NCBI GenBank assembly: GCA_051530055.1
Contig: CM121341.1
Span: 2,198,638 to 2,262,637, forward strand
Origin: Neoechinorhynchus agilis
Taxonomy: Eukaryota > Animalia > Acanthocephala
Length of the DNA: 64,000 nucleotides
Direction of reading: 5' to 3'
Below the pieces are notes generated by a model. That model worked only from the letters and a program-made list of their open reading frames with translations. It was not told the DNA's origin and did not search any database. Shown here one piece after another: positions 48,781 through 61,789 of the stretch (position 1 is the stretch's first letter; the number at the start of each line of letters is the position of its first letter). Made by a program: the position numbers and the translations under genes.

Positions 48781-51329
48781 AGTTCATGAATAGTTTTGTT
48801 ACCATTGGACAGTAAATCCTTTATAGATTTTCCGTCTATTTTCAAAAATTCGAAGAGACCTCATCATGAAAAAGTTATTAATTTGGTGATATTTAATGAA
48901 CAAAATTTCAGCGGATTTTTTATTCCTTGCAAACTACCAAATTCGCCCGATACCTACTTTTCAAAAATTATCAACGAAATGATATGCAATTGTTTGGAAA
49001 ATCAAAAAATAGTTCAGATTTAATCAGTAATGAAGGAGTCGCCTTAACGATCACATGTCCGAATTCTTTCATTTTCATAAATAATATCGATTAAATTGTT
49101 TAAACTATTAATGACGTACCGGTTTGAAATCTTAAAAATCTGTCCGGCATAAATGGCACAAAAAAGTGCATTTTTCGTCGTCTAAATACGTCTTAAAACA
49201 GTTAAACGCTTTTGAAGCTTGAAAATTGCTGGTTCCGAATCGGCTTCAGCCGAAATTATTTGGTTTAACCTAAGTTTTTCCATGAAATTTTATATAGGAA
49301 ATGCAAGATGAGTACGTCGATTTTCACGACAATTTTTCAAAATCGCTGCGAACGAAGATTAATCGGTTTTAACCTAAACTTTTCCAAGAAATTCTCTATG
49401 AAAAAGTGCATACTCATTTCATTTTGAACAATAAAGAATTGCAATGGCTTAAAATCCTTAATTTGAAATCCCTAATAAACGACAAATGACCATTTATCCT
49501 AAAAAAAATTTCCAAGAAATTCTCTATGAAAAGTGCATACTCACTTCATTTTGAACAATAAAGAATTGCAATGGTTTAAAAAATATTGATTTAAAATTCC
49601 TGCAAACGATCAATAGCGGTTTTGTCCGTAGATTTTAAAAGAAATTCTTTGTGATAGGTGTATGCTAAATAAACTTCTAGCAATAAAGAATTGCAATGGC
49701 TTAAAATCCTTAATTCGAAATCCCTAATAAACGACAAATGACCATTTATCTTAAAAAAAATATTTCCAAGAAATTATCTATGAAAAGTGCATACTCATTT
49801 CATTTTGAACAATAAAGAATTGCAATGGTTTAAAAAATATTGATTTAAAATTCCTGCAAACGATCAATAGCGGTTTTGTCCGTAGATTTTAAAAGAAATT
49901 CTTTGTGATAGGTGTATGCTAAATAAACTTCTAGCAATAAAGAATTGCAATGGCTTAAAATCCTTAATTCGAAATCCCTAATAAACGACAAATGACCATT
50001 TATCCTAAAAAAAATATTTCCAAGAAATTATCTATGAAAAGTGCATACTCACTTCATTTTGAACAATAAAGAATTGCAATAGTTTTAAATCCTTCATCTG
50101 AAATCCCTAATAAACGACAAATGACCATTTATCCTAAAAAAAAATTTCCAAGAAATTCTTTGTGAAAAGTACATGCGTACATCATTTTGAGCAATAAAGA
50201 AATGCAGCGGCTTAAAATCATTGATTTGAAATGCCTAATAAATGAAGAAATTCTTTGTGAGAGGTGCATGGTATATTAATTTTTAGCATTTAAAAATGCC
50301 ACGTTTAAAAAACATTGGTGCAAAGCCGCTATCGTTGATTATTAACTGTTTTTACATTCTGATTGTGAATGCATTTTCACGTCAACTTGAGGAATGAAAA
50401 ATGCAACGGCCAAGAATCATTGATTTAAAATCGGTGCCACCGACCATAGCGGGTTTACCCCATAGCATTTACCTTAAAACTATCTTGCAAAATTGATGTT
50501 CAGGTTATTTAAAAATTCAAATGAGTCTACAAGTTATCATGAGATCATCTCCTAAGAGTGTACAGAATTTGACAAAAACAATTCCAATTCAGATAATCCC
50601 TGCTTTGCAGTTTGCTCCGTTCTCAATCCTTAAGAATAGCACGATGGTCAATAAATAAGCAAATCACCGAATGATTTGCTCGAATCGTAGTGAAGAGAAC
50701 AAAGCCGAGAGTTCGACTTTGTCGACGGTCCTGACAACTAGTCGGCTAGACAATTCTCTTATGATTGATATCTAAGGAAGTACTTATGAGTACGAACTGC
50801 GTCTAGAATTAGGATTATAGACGAGTTTGCATTTTAGTTTGCGAAACCCAGTCCAGAATGAAGCAGCCAGGTCGAAGAATGCACATAGTTTCCATAATAA
50901 AGTTGATATAGCCGAATATTTTGACAGTAAGAGATCTAATTTTTTGTCTCAATTGAGAAGGATTATCTAAATTTGGATTGTTTTTCTCAAATTCTGTACA
51001 CTCTTAGGAGACGACCTCAAGATAACCTGCAGACTCATTTGAGTTTTTAAACAACCTAAACATGAATTTTGCAAGATAGTTTTAAGGTAGATGCTATGGG
51101 GTAAACCCGCTTTGGTCGTTGGTATCGAAATTTAAACCCGTTCGACTTGAAATCAATTATTTTAAACCATGGCATTTTTTAATGCTTAAAATTGATATAC
51201 CATGCATTTCTCGCAAAGAATCTCTGCAAATCTGAGGGCAAAGCCGTTAATAGTCGTTGGTTGCGATTTTAAATAAGTGATTTGAAACCGTGACATTTTT
51301 CGTTGTTCAAAATGAGGTGATAGCATTCT

Positions 51330-51700
51330 TATGAGTAGCTCAGCCGGTAGTCTTTTTATAGATATGTTTTATTTTTCCATACACGGCCGAGTGGACATAC
51401 AGTCCATCGATTTCGGTCGGGGAAGCGCTCGTCTGCGCTCAATACCCCAAGACCGAACGGTTAAAAGTTTGTACATCCCTCCGGATTCTCAGATATCTCC
51501 GAGGAGGCGGAACTCATCAGTGAGTTTCCTCCCTTCAACGAGGTATTTCGTCCCCTTTGGTTGTGCATCATCGGCGGTGGTCTTGGGGCATTGAGCGCAG
51601 ACCAGCGCTTCCCAGACCGAAATCGATCGACTGTATGTCCATTCGGCCGCGTATGGGAAAAATATCTATCAAAAAAGACTACCGGCTGAGCCACCCATAA
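51330..51700. repeat. Palindrome with about 125-bp arms carrying an A-box-like motif and a SINE-body fragment in the loop
   Basis: 51330-51455 is the imperfect reverse complement of 51577-51700. The loop shares CTTTGGTTGTGCATCATCGGCGGT with 2357-2381. Confidence 0.75.
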
Positions 51701-51754
51701 AAATTCTAAAAATCGGAATGCTAATCGAAGTTTAAGAGGTTAAGCTTGTACATT

Positions 51755-51965
51755 CCGTAGTTGTGCTGAGGTGGTCAAGTGGACTAATGCTCCTGATCCC
51801 CATTTACGGTCAAAGAGTCCGAATCCGTTGACCCTAAATGGGATCTGGAGCATTAGTCCACTCGGCCAATCGTAAGGTCTTGGGGCATTGAGCTCAGACC
51901 AGCGCTTCCCAGACCGAAATCGATGGACTGTGTGTCCATTCGGCCGCGTATGGGAAAAATAAAAA
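51755..51965. repeat. tRNA-like SINE head folded back on an inverted copy of itself, fused to another arm copy
   Basis: AGTGGACTAATGCTCCTGATCCCCATTTACGGTCAA is mirrored by TTGACCCTAAATGGGATCTGGAGCATTAGTCCACT. It is followed by a copy of the 51577-51660 arm. Confidence 0.7.
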
Positions 51966-52890
51966 ATATCTATATAATGAGGTGAGCATAGACTTTTCAC
52001 AAAAAATTTCCTTCGAAATCTGAGGGTAAAATCTTTAATGCTCACCAGTACCGATTTTAAATCAATGATTTTTAGCCGTTTCGTTTTTCAATGCTAAAGA
52101 CGAAGTGAACATGCGATTTTCACTAATAGCTTCTCTTACAATCGGAGGACCCAAAGATACACAGGACTCAATGTAAAACCGTTAATAATCGTTGATAGTA
52201 AATTTAGCTTTGTATTTTTTAAACCGTGGCATTTTTCAACACTCAAAATTAATATAGCATGCATTTTTCACAAAAAATTTATCTATGAGTGAAATAAAGA
52301 GAAATAATGTACTTTATTAAAATAAGGAGGTTGCTAACTTTTTGGAAAATCCCATCGATGATTTATTCGTTGAGAACGTTCTCATTTTTAACGAAGAAAT
52401 GAATGTTTTTTTGTTAAAGAATAGTTCGTCGCTTCAGCATTTATTGACAATTTGACTAAACCATCATTCGATCTTTAGATCGATTCTAACTTAATCACAA
52501 TCCTTATTTAAAACCGAAATAAACGATGACAAGGACTAAACATTTAATTGAATGTTTTGACTTGTGGTGAAGATACCAGGATTATCTCCACCATAATTAA
52601 AAATTTACCATTCCGATGGATTTTCTCGATATGACTTAATTTAGTGTAGACATATTTTTAAAGTATTGGAAAAACATACGTTTGGAAATGTTTTTATTTA
52701 GGCTGTAGTCGGTCGCTATTGCACTTTACCAAGTTGCGCAGGCGAATTAATCAGGTTTGAAATTATAATTTTTACGAAGTAATGTTCAATTTTTTGTTTG
52801 TATTGGACGAATAAGTGATTGGCATTCAATTTACTGATGACAGTTAAGATATGATCGAAACTGACAATTTGTCTGTTGGCGGAATAAACA

Positions 52891-53180
52891 ATGGATCAAC
52901 TCTTTAATGTTTTTTTGCTTTTCTGCTTTTTGGTTGCACATTTAGCCCTGTCGATTCATGACCACTGGAAAATCCGACACAATTCGATGAAACGCTTTCC
53001 ATCGACTATTGTGAGTAGCAAATTATTTTGGACTACTTTATTATTACAAAAGTATTTGAAACACTTTTTGAATTCCGATTAATGCATGTTTATTTTGAAC
53101 AAAAGTCGTACTTTTTGCTATAGATTATCTTTTTGGCATCTGTAATATTTTTGAATATCTTGGTAGTAGCTAAGCCTTGA
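52891..53180 (+). CDS. Possible small two-transmembrane protein (2 exons; may be the 3' part of a longer gene)
   Basis: A hydrophobic segment, the donor GTGAGT at 53011 and the acceptor TAG at 53123 give an in-frame second hydrophobic exon IIFLASVIFLNILVVAKP. Confidence 0.3.
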
Positions 53181-53322
53181 TTACCATGCTTAATTGAAAT
53201 CATCGGAATTTTTATCCTCATTGATACAACTGTAAATTTAAAAGGAATAATTTTTATTTTCATGCGCACGATTTGAAAGCCAATTTTTAAAAATCAAAAA
53301 ATCAAATTATATTCGATATAAC

Positions 53323-54556
53323 TCATCTAATGAGCATTTGAACATAATCAAAATAATGAATTTTTCCGATTTTATCATCAGTGATCCATAGGGTGTAATA
53401 GTGACCGGTTGGTAGAATTTTGGCACATTCCTTGTACCACCACCCTCCGCCTGCGGTTACAGCACAGTTCCCATCTTTCCAATCATCATTGTCGTTATCA
53501 GCAGTTGAAAACATGCTATTATTGTGATATAAAAATGCTTTATATATAGGTCCTCTGTACGTCTCAGAGGTAGAATTTTCCGCTGCAATACGAAGCGGGT
53601 ATCCTTCACTTTCTTTACCCACACTGAATCCGTCTATTACCTCAATCCATTTGTCTCCTTCTTTACCATCCTTCCAGGCTTCTAATCTCAATTGAACAGG
53701 GGTATTTCCTATAAGTCCATTCATTTTCTCAAGACCCATCCAATATTCGTTAGTTACATTTGATCCAAATCCTTCTTTATAAGAAACCCAATTATTCGCC
53801 GCTGATCGTGGAGGACGAAATGCTGGTCCTCGATTATGAATAACAGTCCAAGTGAGATTATCCCGTATAGTAGTGTACAGAGGTGTTGTTTGTTTACTTA
53901 CTTCGTCAGTCGTTATGTTTATTTGTTCATTAAGTGATTTTGATTGGTTTCCTGTAAAAGTTTTATTACTTGACATATCGTTTATACGTTTTTCAAGTCT
54001 TAAAAGAAATCTATATGTTTGTAGCTGTAGAGGAGAGAAAGTTGTTTGTCTTAGAAGTGGCTGAACAACTATCTGTCCATAATTGAAAACAACAAAGAGT
54101 TTGACTGAAAGGTTTAACTTCAATCGATACGTCGTTCATTTGATAGTAGGAATCTATAAGAACAGTAGGCCGATCACCAACTCGTAAATAATTTCTAGGC
54201 AGCGTTAAACTTCCAATATACACGCAATCGATATAGATGTCTATAATATTTCGAACAAACGATAGTTGACATGCGATTTGAGACAGAAATTTGAATCGGT
54301 CAGAGGTAATAAGTAACTTATGGCATTTTCTCTCTTTTACTGTCTGACAGACTTGTATTTCGATTGATTGGCTAGTTCTGCATCTGTTATTCGAACGCAT
54401 CGTCCATTGGATTTGATCGTCTTTATTGATGTAGATGTGGGAATTTAGACTGAACATGCGATTGTTTCCATTTGATGGATAAGCGATTAGAACCATATTT
54501 GAGGAACATATGAGTTCTATGAGTGATGCCAATATGAGTGCTGTAAAAGTATGCAT
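53323..54556 (-). CDS. Secreted fibrinogen-related domain (FReD) protein, 2 exons (54556-54131, 54072-53323)
   Basis: Signal peptide and an in-frame 58-nt GT-AG intron (54073-54130). FReD motifs WTVIHNR, NWVSYKEGFG, EYWMGLEKM, FSTADNDND and NCA..GGGWWYKEC. Confidence 0.85.
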
Positions 54557-55300
54557 CTTTTTCTAACTTTAGCCTTATGTAGAACCTTCTATTTATACAT
54601 TTTGATGGGTGAATATAGCGTTCAGTGATAAATGCAATTGTCAATTCGCAGTATAACTTTTGGAAGTTTATCGCTCATTGTCGTTGAAGTCAAAACTCTT
54701 TTTGTTAGAAACTGTAGTACGCATGCTAACAGTTATCGCACTGTCAAATATCGGAATACATGCCAGTTTTTTATCGGATATTTGGGTCGATCACAATTTA
54801 TAGCAAATTTTTTAAAAAAACACTCACATTGGCAAACAATTTTTGTCTCTAATCATTGCAAAGTGATGGCCTAATCACTTTACATTAAATGGGAAATAAA
54901 AAGTATTTACAACATTTTAATCTCGCTCATATAAAATTATTGGGTATTTGCTGTTGGATATGGGCATGATCTTATCTTTTCGTTTTGAAATGATTTGAAT
55001 AAAAACATCCTACTCATCGGAATACACCCAAAGCAGCTTCCAGAGTTTTTATCACATTTGATCAGTACAATTATTTCCATTCAAATGTTTTTAAGACTAA
55101 GTTTAGCGTGTATTCGTTAATCCTAGAATTCTTTAACGATGTGTTATGCAGCTATTTTAAAATTGGTAGCATCTTTAAAAAAAATTTCGCCGTTACAAAA
55201 TTATATTTATAGCAAAAATCGCCTGAAAATTAAGTTAGGAAGATAACTTTTTAACCCATTTAAGAGACCTTACCAATTTCTTCGACCGATAAGTAAATCT

Positions 55301-55909
55301 TTACTTTGGAGGTAAAGTACTCTCGTCAAACACAGATCCGTCATCATCCATTTCAATATCATTTCCGTTTTCGAAAAGTACAAAAGCGTCCAATAGCTTT
55401 CGTCTGTAATCTATGGCATTTGGACGCAAGGCACACTCAATCGAAGCATATTTTTCAATTATAACATTTTCTTTGTCAATTAATGCTTGTCCGAAAAGCA
55501 ACGGTACTCGATCTAAGAGATTGTTTCGCCAAGAACAAATTTCAGTCAATGCTTGAGCACTTTCGTCAATATTGGCAGTACAGTTGAGGTCTCCAACAAC
55601 TAGCTGAACCATTTTAGCAATCATTAGCTCATGGACCAGTTCAATAGTTCTTATATTTGCAATAAAATCGTCAGGGAAGTTCCTTTGGGTATCTGAAAGG
55701 AAATCAGCGAACGATGGAACGAAAATTGATTGTGCTTCTTCGTAAGCCTCCTCATTTAAATTCAAATTGGCGAATTCCGAAGAAGGTATATTGTCCTTTG
55801 AAACATCTTGGAAGGACGGACTAATATCGTTTTCGTGAAACGATGAACCACCATCCATGGACTCAAGTTTCTTATCGTCCATTTGAGAGTTGTCTGAAAA
55901 ACTGCTCAT
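55301..55909 (-). CDS. Hypothetical acidic protein (202 aa)
   Basis: Long ATG-initiated ORF preceded directly by TTTTTTAG; no family recognised. Confidence 0.5.
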   Translation of the reverse strand: MSSFSDNSQMDDKKLESMDGGSSFHENDISPSFQDVSKDNIPSSEFANLNLNEEAYEEAQSIFVPSFADFLSDTQRNFPDDFIANIRTIELVHELMIAKMVQLVVGDLNCTANIDESAQALTEICSWRNNLLDRVPLLFGQALIDKENVIIEKYASIECALRPNAIDYRRKLLDAFVLFENGNDIEMDDDGSVFDESTLPPK

Positions 55910-56544
55910 CTAAAAAACGGTGATCGAAGAAACTAGTGAAAATACGACATCCTGGAAAGTTATAATCAAAACACTTGCTCCGTTTTGTCGTCTTGCTGAA
56001 ATGCACATTATCCCGATAAAAACCATATATAGATAAGAGTGAAGGCAAGAGATCGAAAACACCTTCTCATTCCAGCGTATTTATAAGAGATGTTACGCTA
56101 GAGGTTTCAGGTAAATCACCACTTAAATCTAGCAATGCTGGAGGATAGAGATCGCCACTATGACATCATTTTAGCGAATTTCCTATGGTGGAAATATAAA
56201 TAAATGGTATATCACATCAAGGATTCTAGTACACGCCGGAAAGTTTAAACATTTTAAAGGCTTGGAGAGAAATCATTTTTTATGCTTCTATGGCCTTCGC
56301 TTGACTACTATGAACTCTTGCATCGTTCATTGTAGGTAGCACGTCGCATATTTGACGCTGCACTGATACGATGGGTGGTTTAAAGTCAAAATCTTTTTTC
56401 TGACGGTTTTTTCTTATTTAGTCAAGATAAAGCAACTATTGAATGCTTGTTTATGACTTAAAAATTAAAAGAATTTATTAAATGTGATATTTCGGCACAA
56501 TCTTGTACGCTATATAAAAATGTCGATATGTGAGGTACCGGGGA

Positions 56545-56725
56545 ATGTGATTAGAATTATTGTTTAGAAGTCTACACTCGCGGTAAATGATCATTTCGAT
56601 TAAAGACGTCTAGAATCTCGCCGGGTTCATCATCAGTTCCTGTTACTGATGATGAATCCGACGATATTCGACTCGTTTTTAATTGAAATAATCATTTACT
56701 GCGAGTGTAGACTTCTGAACAATAA
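56545..56725. mobile_element. Palindromic element related to the inner arms of 9573-11366
   Basis: GATTAGAATTATTGTTTAGAAGTCTACACTCGCGGTAAATGATCATTTCGATTAAA is mirrored at the right end; both arms contain CTGATGATGAA. Confidence 0.75.
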
Positions 56726-57244
56726 TTCTAATCTTGTGCGCGTTTATCAAAATTACAAACAAGCATGAATAGTTCAATCTTCAAACAATCATTCGATACT
56801 TTATATGTTTTGCAATTGTTTTCAAAAATGGCTTCAGTGCTAATAACTTTTGTGTGAAATACACAATTTTTCTATTTTTGAGCGAGTTTTTAACTTGACG
56901 TTGTAATTAATAACTATAAACCATTTTCATTTTGTTATTGAATAAAGTAACTCTTAGAATATTTTAACGGACAATTTTACAAGAGATAAGATTGCTGCTT
57001 TTGCTTCGACTCGAACTATCATCTTTTTTTAGATACTTTAAGTACACTTTTAAAATAGTTTTTGTGTCTTTTTGGAATACTCGAAAAACGGTTCACAGTT
57101 TAATTTTCTCTCAATCTGTCACTTCGTTACTATGCGAGCTTAAATAAATTCGAATTTACTCGCTCATGTGTTTTTCTCGTTACTTCTAAAATAAAAGCTT
57201 TTATTCTGTTTCTTACGCCAAAAAGCCACCATCCAAAATTCAAC

Positions 57245-60200
57245 TTATAAAGATGTACTACCTCGTGCAAAATCTGTCCAATTCACTTCATTGAGCTCAT
57301 TTTGTTGTAATTCATCATTCGATTCGAAATCGTCGCCATACCATAAATCCTGCTTCATGATATTATGTTTTTTAATAAATAACCTGGCCTTTGCTGCCAA
57401 ATCTGCAAAATTATCTAGTTCTGGTACTTCTGAGTATCTATACGAAACAGACTGATCTGTTTCCCGAAATTTTTCATCATCAAGTTGCTTCGTTTTAAAT
57501 GACATTTATTAAGGTACGAATTAAAGAAAATTTAAATCTTACAAAAGTACTTAAGCGCTCTTGCACATTGTCGCACCCATTTTCCACGGGGAAATCCGAT
57601 GTTTCGCACATAGCACCAACAAAATCTTGCAAATAATCCTTTAACAATTTTAAATCATTGTAGAGGAAAAAATTTTGAGGTCGTTCAATCTTTTTAGCAT
57701 TCTTTATTATTTCCGCCTTTTTCCCCGCAATCTGATTTTTTAGTTACAATTAAAAAACCCAATCAATTCTACCAAACCTTCCTTTTTACTTCAGGTATCT
57801 TTTTATGAATAATGGCGTGCTCCTCTTTTTTTATATTATTCATCTGAACCTCGAGTGATTTCCAATACTCCCGCATTTTCATATATCCACTTTGGAAATG
57901 ATCAAGAACTTCTTTTAAAATCTACAAGGTGCAACGACTATCGAAATTCGTTTTATTCCATCATTATTTACGGCTTGTTTTTTCTGCATATTTTCAATCG
58001 ATTTTTCAAGTCTTCTCTTGCACCTGTAGGATTGACATTTTGTCACCGTTGCAAATATTTCGAAGTCTTCGTCACGATTATCTAAATATCGATAATGGTA
58101 AAGATTCAAGTGGTCTTAAATGTACATGAACTTTGTATTATGTACTCTAAAGCACTTCTCTCTTCAGAAAGTTTAAAACGTAGTTTGCAGTTCATATCCA
58201 TTAGATCTTCGATTTCAGCCTCCACGTTCTTGGCGGCATCGTCAAGCTCCATCAAAAGTTCTAAACTCTTTTTTACGTTTTCTTAAAACTAGAATTTTTA
58301 TAAGCTATATTAAAAAATACCCAAGTGTCTGAGATTAGGGAAAAGGGTATATAGATTTCTTAATGTTTGTTATTAATTACTTTATTAAAAACTCAAAATT
58401 CTGCATTTAAAAAATTGAACCTTACCATTTCTTCAGATGTTTCGGCATTAATTTTTTCATAATCAAATAAAAATCTCGAAACATTGTCATACCTAATGAC
58501 TGCTGACCATATTGATTGATATTAAATAAATTACTTTGTTTTTATAGCTTTCACTTTAGCTAGCAATTCTCGTTTTCGTTGAGCACTCTCTCCAATCTGG
58601 TGCTCCAGCATGCAAATTTTGGTTTTATTAGTCATGATCATTGCTTCACAATCAGTTTGCCTTTTTGCAATTTTCTAAAAAAAATTAAGTAAGGCTTAAA
58701 TCTTTAAAACAAACCTTTTCTTCTTTTTCTTTCAATTGTTTGTTTTCGTTTGCCGTATAGTCGATTTCTGCTAATTCCGACTCGAGTCGATAAATTTCGA
58801 GATTTAATTTAAATAATCGCATTTTGGAATCCTTTGTAAAAAATCTCATAAAAATGGATTTTATAAACTTGTAAAACCTTTTGATCGACAGTCAACTCTT
58901 TCAAAGTATTTTCCAAAAACGTGCGATCATTCTCCAAATCCTGAATTGCATTATTAACTTTCTTAATTTCAGCTTGTCGGCGGTTTATTGTATTTCCGAG
59001 TTTATGAATTTGTTTTCTCAGTGCAGCATTGGCTTTATCCACGTATTGTTCATCTTGCTTCTGACTTTCAAAATATTGCTGAGTACTTGCCAGCGAATGA
59101 GTAAGATCTTGATGGTATTTAGTTTTTATCGCCTCGTAAGTTAACTTATTTGTCATTAGTTGCAGTTTCAAAAGATTAACCTATTCGATATTAAAGCGGA
59201 TAAAAAGAAAGACCTTTTTACCGTAACGCTATTTTCTTCGCGAAGATACTTCATTTCGGATTCAATTCTAGCGAATTTTCTCAAATAATCATTTATTTCG
59301 CAACTCATGTCAGGAATCAGAAATTTCTTAAGATCTTTTTATATTAAAGATCCCTGGCCTATTTGCTCACAAGTCTTTAAAATCTCTCGCTCACTATTGC
59401 TCAATTTGTTTAACTCATCTTGTAATTTCGCCTTCGTCGAAATTAATTCCCGTTTATATTCATCACATTTAGAGTTTTGATCAAAATTTTCACCCATCAA
59501 ACTCTTTATTTCTGCTTGAATCTCTTCTAACAAAACAATGTCTGTTGTTGCATTATAAACCTCACAATTCAGTTTGCGCAATTTTTCATCAGTAAATCGG
59601 AGCCTGTTTTACGTTTTAAGGATGAAAATTGCTAGAAAAATACCTTTCTCTGAGTTTGTCTCTTTGCTTTTCAGCACTTTCCAATTCTAGAAACTGGGTA
59701 TCAATCGTCCTTCGCTTTGCGTTAGCATCAAACTCTACCGATTCCATCTTCAATTTCAAGCGTAATCAATATTAATTTTTTATCATAGCTTTTACCTCGA
59801 CTGAACAATTACGGCATTCTTCTGATAATTTCGTGTTTTCCTTCAACAATTGCAAACGCGTTTTCTCACGGGTTTTAACTTTAGCTTTCACAATCCTCAA
59901 TTTTTCATTGACCATTCTGATTTTTTCTTCAACTTGAGAATTTTCATTTTCAGTTTCTTTAATAATTTTTCGAACTTTTGCGCTGTACTTAAATAAATTT
60001 TATGCCAAAGCTTTGATAATTAATTTAAAGTTTAAAATTCCACCTCATTTTTGGATTCGATAGCGTCAGATAATGCAAAACCCTTTCGCCTATACCGATT
60101 TACATCCTTCCGCAATTTATTGAGTTCATTTTGCCCATCAAACCACCTTCGTCGCGCTTCGTTTCGCCGTGCCTATAAAGAAATCGAATTTGAATATCCT

Positions 60201-61077
60201 TCAAAAATTAATATAAATCATACGCTCATTTCAAGATTGTTCGCCTCAAGCATCTTTAACATAATTGTAAATTTTTTAAACACATTGTCGTCTTTTTCGA
60301 GTTCAACTAGCTTGGCCTAAAATAAATGAAGATTTTATATATTTTTGAGTGTCCTTGCAAGGTGATTGGCTGGATTTTATTGTTAACAAGCGGAAACGCA
60401 ACCGAATAATGCGAAAAACCTTAAAAGAATATTTTCTTACCGCTTGTTTCTCTCTAATACTGTCCACTTTAGAATAAATCGTTTTGATTTTATAAATTAT
60501 TGTACTATGATCAATCTGTGGATCCAGCAATTGTGGATACATAGAAGCATATATTAGCGGAGCGCATGCCTTATTATAGGCATTTATTTCTTCCTAAAGA
60601 AACCTTTCAAATTTGAAAATATTTAAATAAAACATAACACACTTTATAAGCATCTTGCTTCTGTTCAACTTCCTTTAATTCTGTAATCGCCTGGGAAACT
60701 GCTGAGTCAGCTTTCTTTTCTACATCGCTTATAGCTTTAACAAGAGGCCTTGCATCCTCCAGCTCTTTCTTTAAAACTACAATTTTAAGGAGAAATGCAA
60801 AGAATAAAAAATGGATACCGTTGCGACATTGAAGTTTCTACGATCTCTCGAATGAATCTTGCGTAGGTTATCAAGTTTTTTCCTTTCCGACAGAAGCTCA
60901 ATTCTCACGTTATTGTATTGTGACAACTCTTTTTGAAACTATATTCACGGTCGATTTTAAAAAGTGGCAAAAAGTCGACCGTACTTCATTTTCAAGCGAC
61001 TCGATCTCTAAATCTTTTTCACCCGGTTCACGTTTACTGCCTAAAGATTCTAATTCAAGCGGGTTTCTACTCTCCAT
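57245..61077 (-). CDS. Multi-exon long coiled-coil protein
   Basis: A chain of E/K/L/Q-rich heptad-like ORF segments separated by short GT-AG introns (for example 58421-58425 donor). Exact exon structure and identity were not resolved. Confidence 0.6.
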
Positions 61078-61789
61078 AATGCAGCTTAAAGGCAAACAAA
61101 TCAATTTCAAAAATCGCATATCTTCGTCGCCATGGCGACTTTATACGCATTTTGCACCAAAGAGTTCGTTTAGCATTAATCCACTATGTATCCAAATTTT
61201 GGAACCAAACACTTTCTTAGAAGTCTTTTTAAGCGTATGCTAATCTCTTCAGCTTAAGACTTCAATTCCACAAGAATGGATTTTCCCCGAGCCGCATTAA
61301 AAATCTAGAATTTAGAAGTTAGCTGGAGAAATTTGCGCTTTTTAATGTTCACGTATTTTTCTTCATTAGGAAGAAATTCATCGGATCTGCGACTAACGGA
61401 AATTAAAACGGCATTTGATTGTTCGTCGATGTGGAGCGCCCTTTGTCAAGGCTGCCCCAGAATTTGACCTGGACGCAAGTGTTTTCCGATAATTATAAGT
61501 GGTGATGGATTTACTCTTTGTTTCTTATAGTCCAACGCCAATAAGTCAATCTTTTAGTCTGCTCAACATATCGAACGATATCGAATGCTCATAAAAAATG
61601 AAAAAATCGGAATTATATTTGAACTACATAGCAAACACGGTGATTCATAAGTTATTTATGTTTTACACACGAAGATAGATAAAGTTAAAATGATTATAAA
61701 TAACGCTTAAAAAATATATTTCAGCTTTTTTGTGAACGTGCATCTCTTTTTTAGTATTTTCAATACATGAAAAGGTCATTTGTAATCGA

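Larger units (their letters stand above)
49380..52290. mobile_element. Foldback-like complex: about 125-bp subrepeats (about 254-bp dimer), a central inverted repeat and inverted subrepeats on the right
   Basis: Tandem units at 49380-50250 (dimer anchors near 49557 and 49811). About 50420-50600 is inverted at about 50920-51135, and subrepeat-like sequence reappears inverted at 51140-51320 and 52000-52290. Confidence 0.7.

Noticed and set aside
51478-51512. HDV-like ribozyme suggested by GCCTCCTCG
   Set aside because: No P1/P2/P3 nested pseudoknot could be built; the region folds as a simple hairpin.
51490-51560. Type II hammerhead GGGAC-GAAA ... CTGATGA-GTTCC on the minus strand
   Set aside because: Stem II can pair, but the 25 nt in between cannot form stem III, a UH site and stem I.
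60905-60990. Hairpin (ACGGTCGA/TCGACCGT) in the first intron of the coiled-coil gene as a fifth paired-end intron
   Set aside because: The intron has a GT donor, the hairpin covers only its 5' half, and there is no homology to fix the junction.
61235-61256. U6 snRNA-like GAAGAGATTAGCAT
   Set aside because: The match is short and the flanks do not resemble U6.
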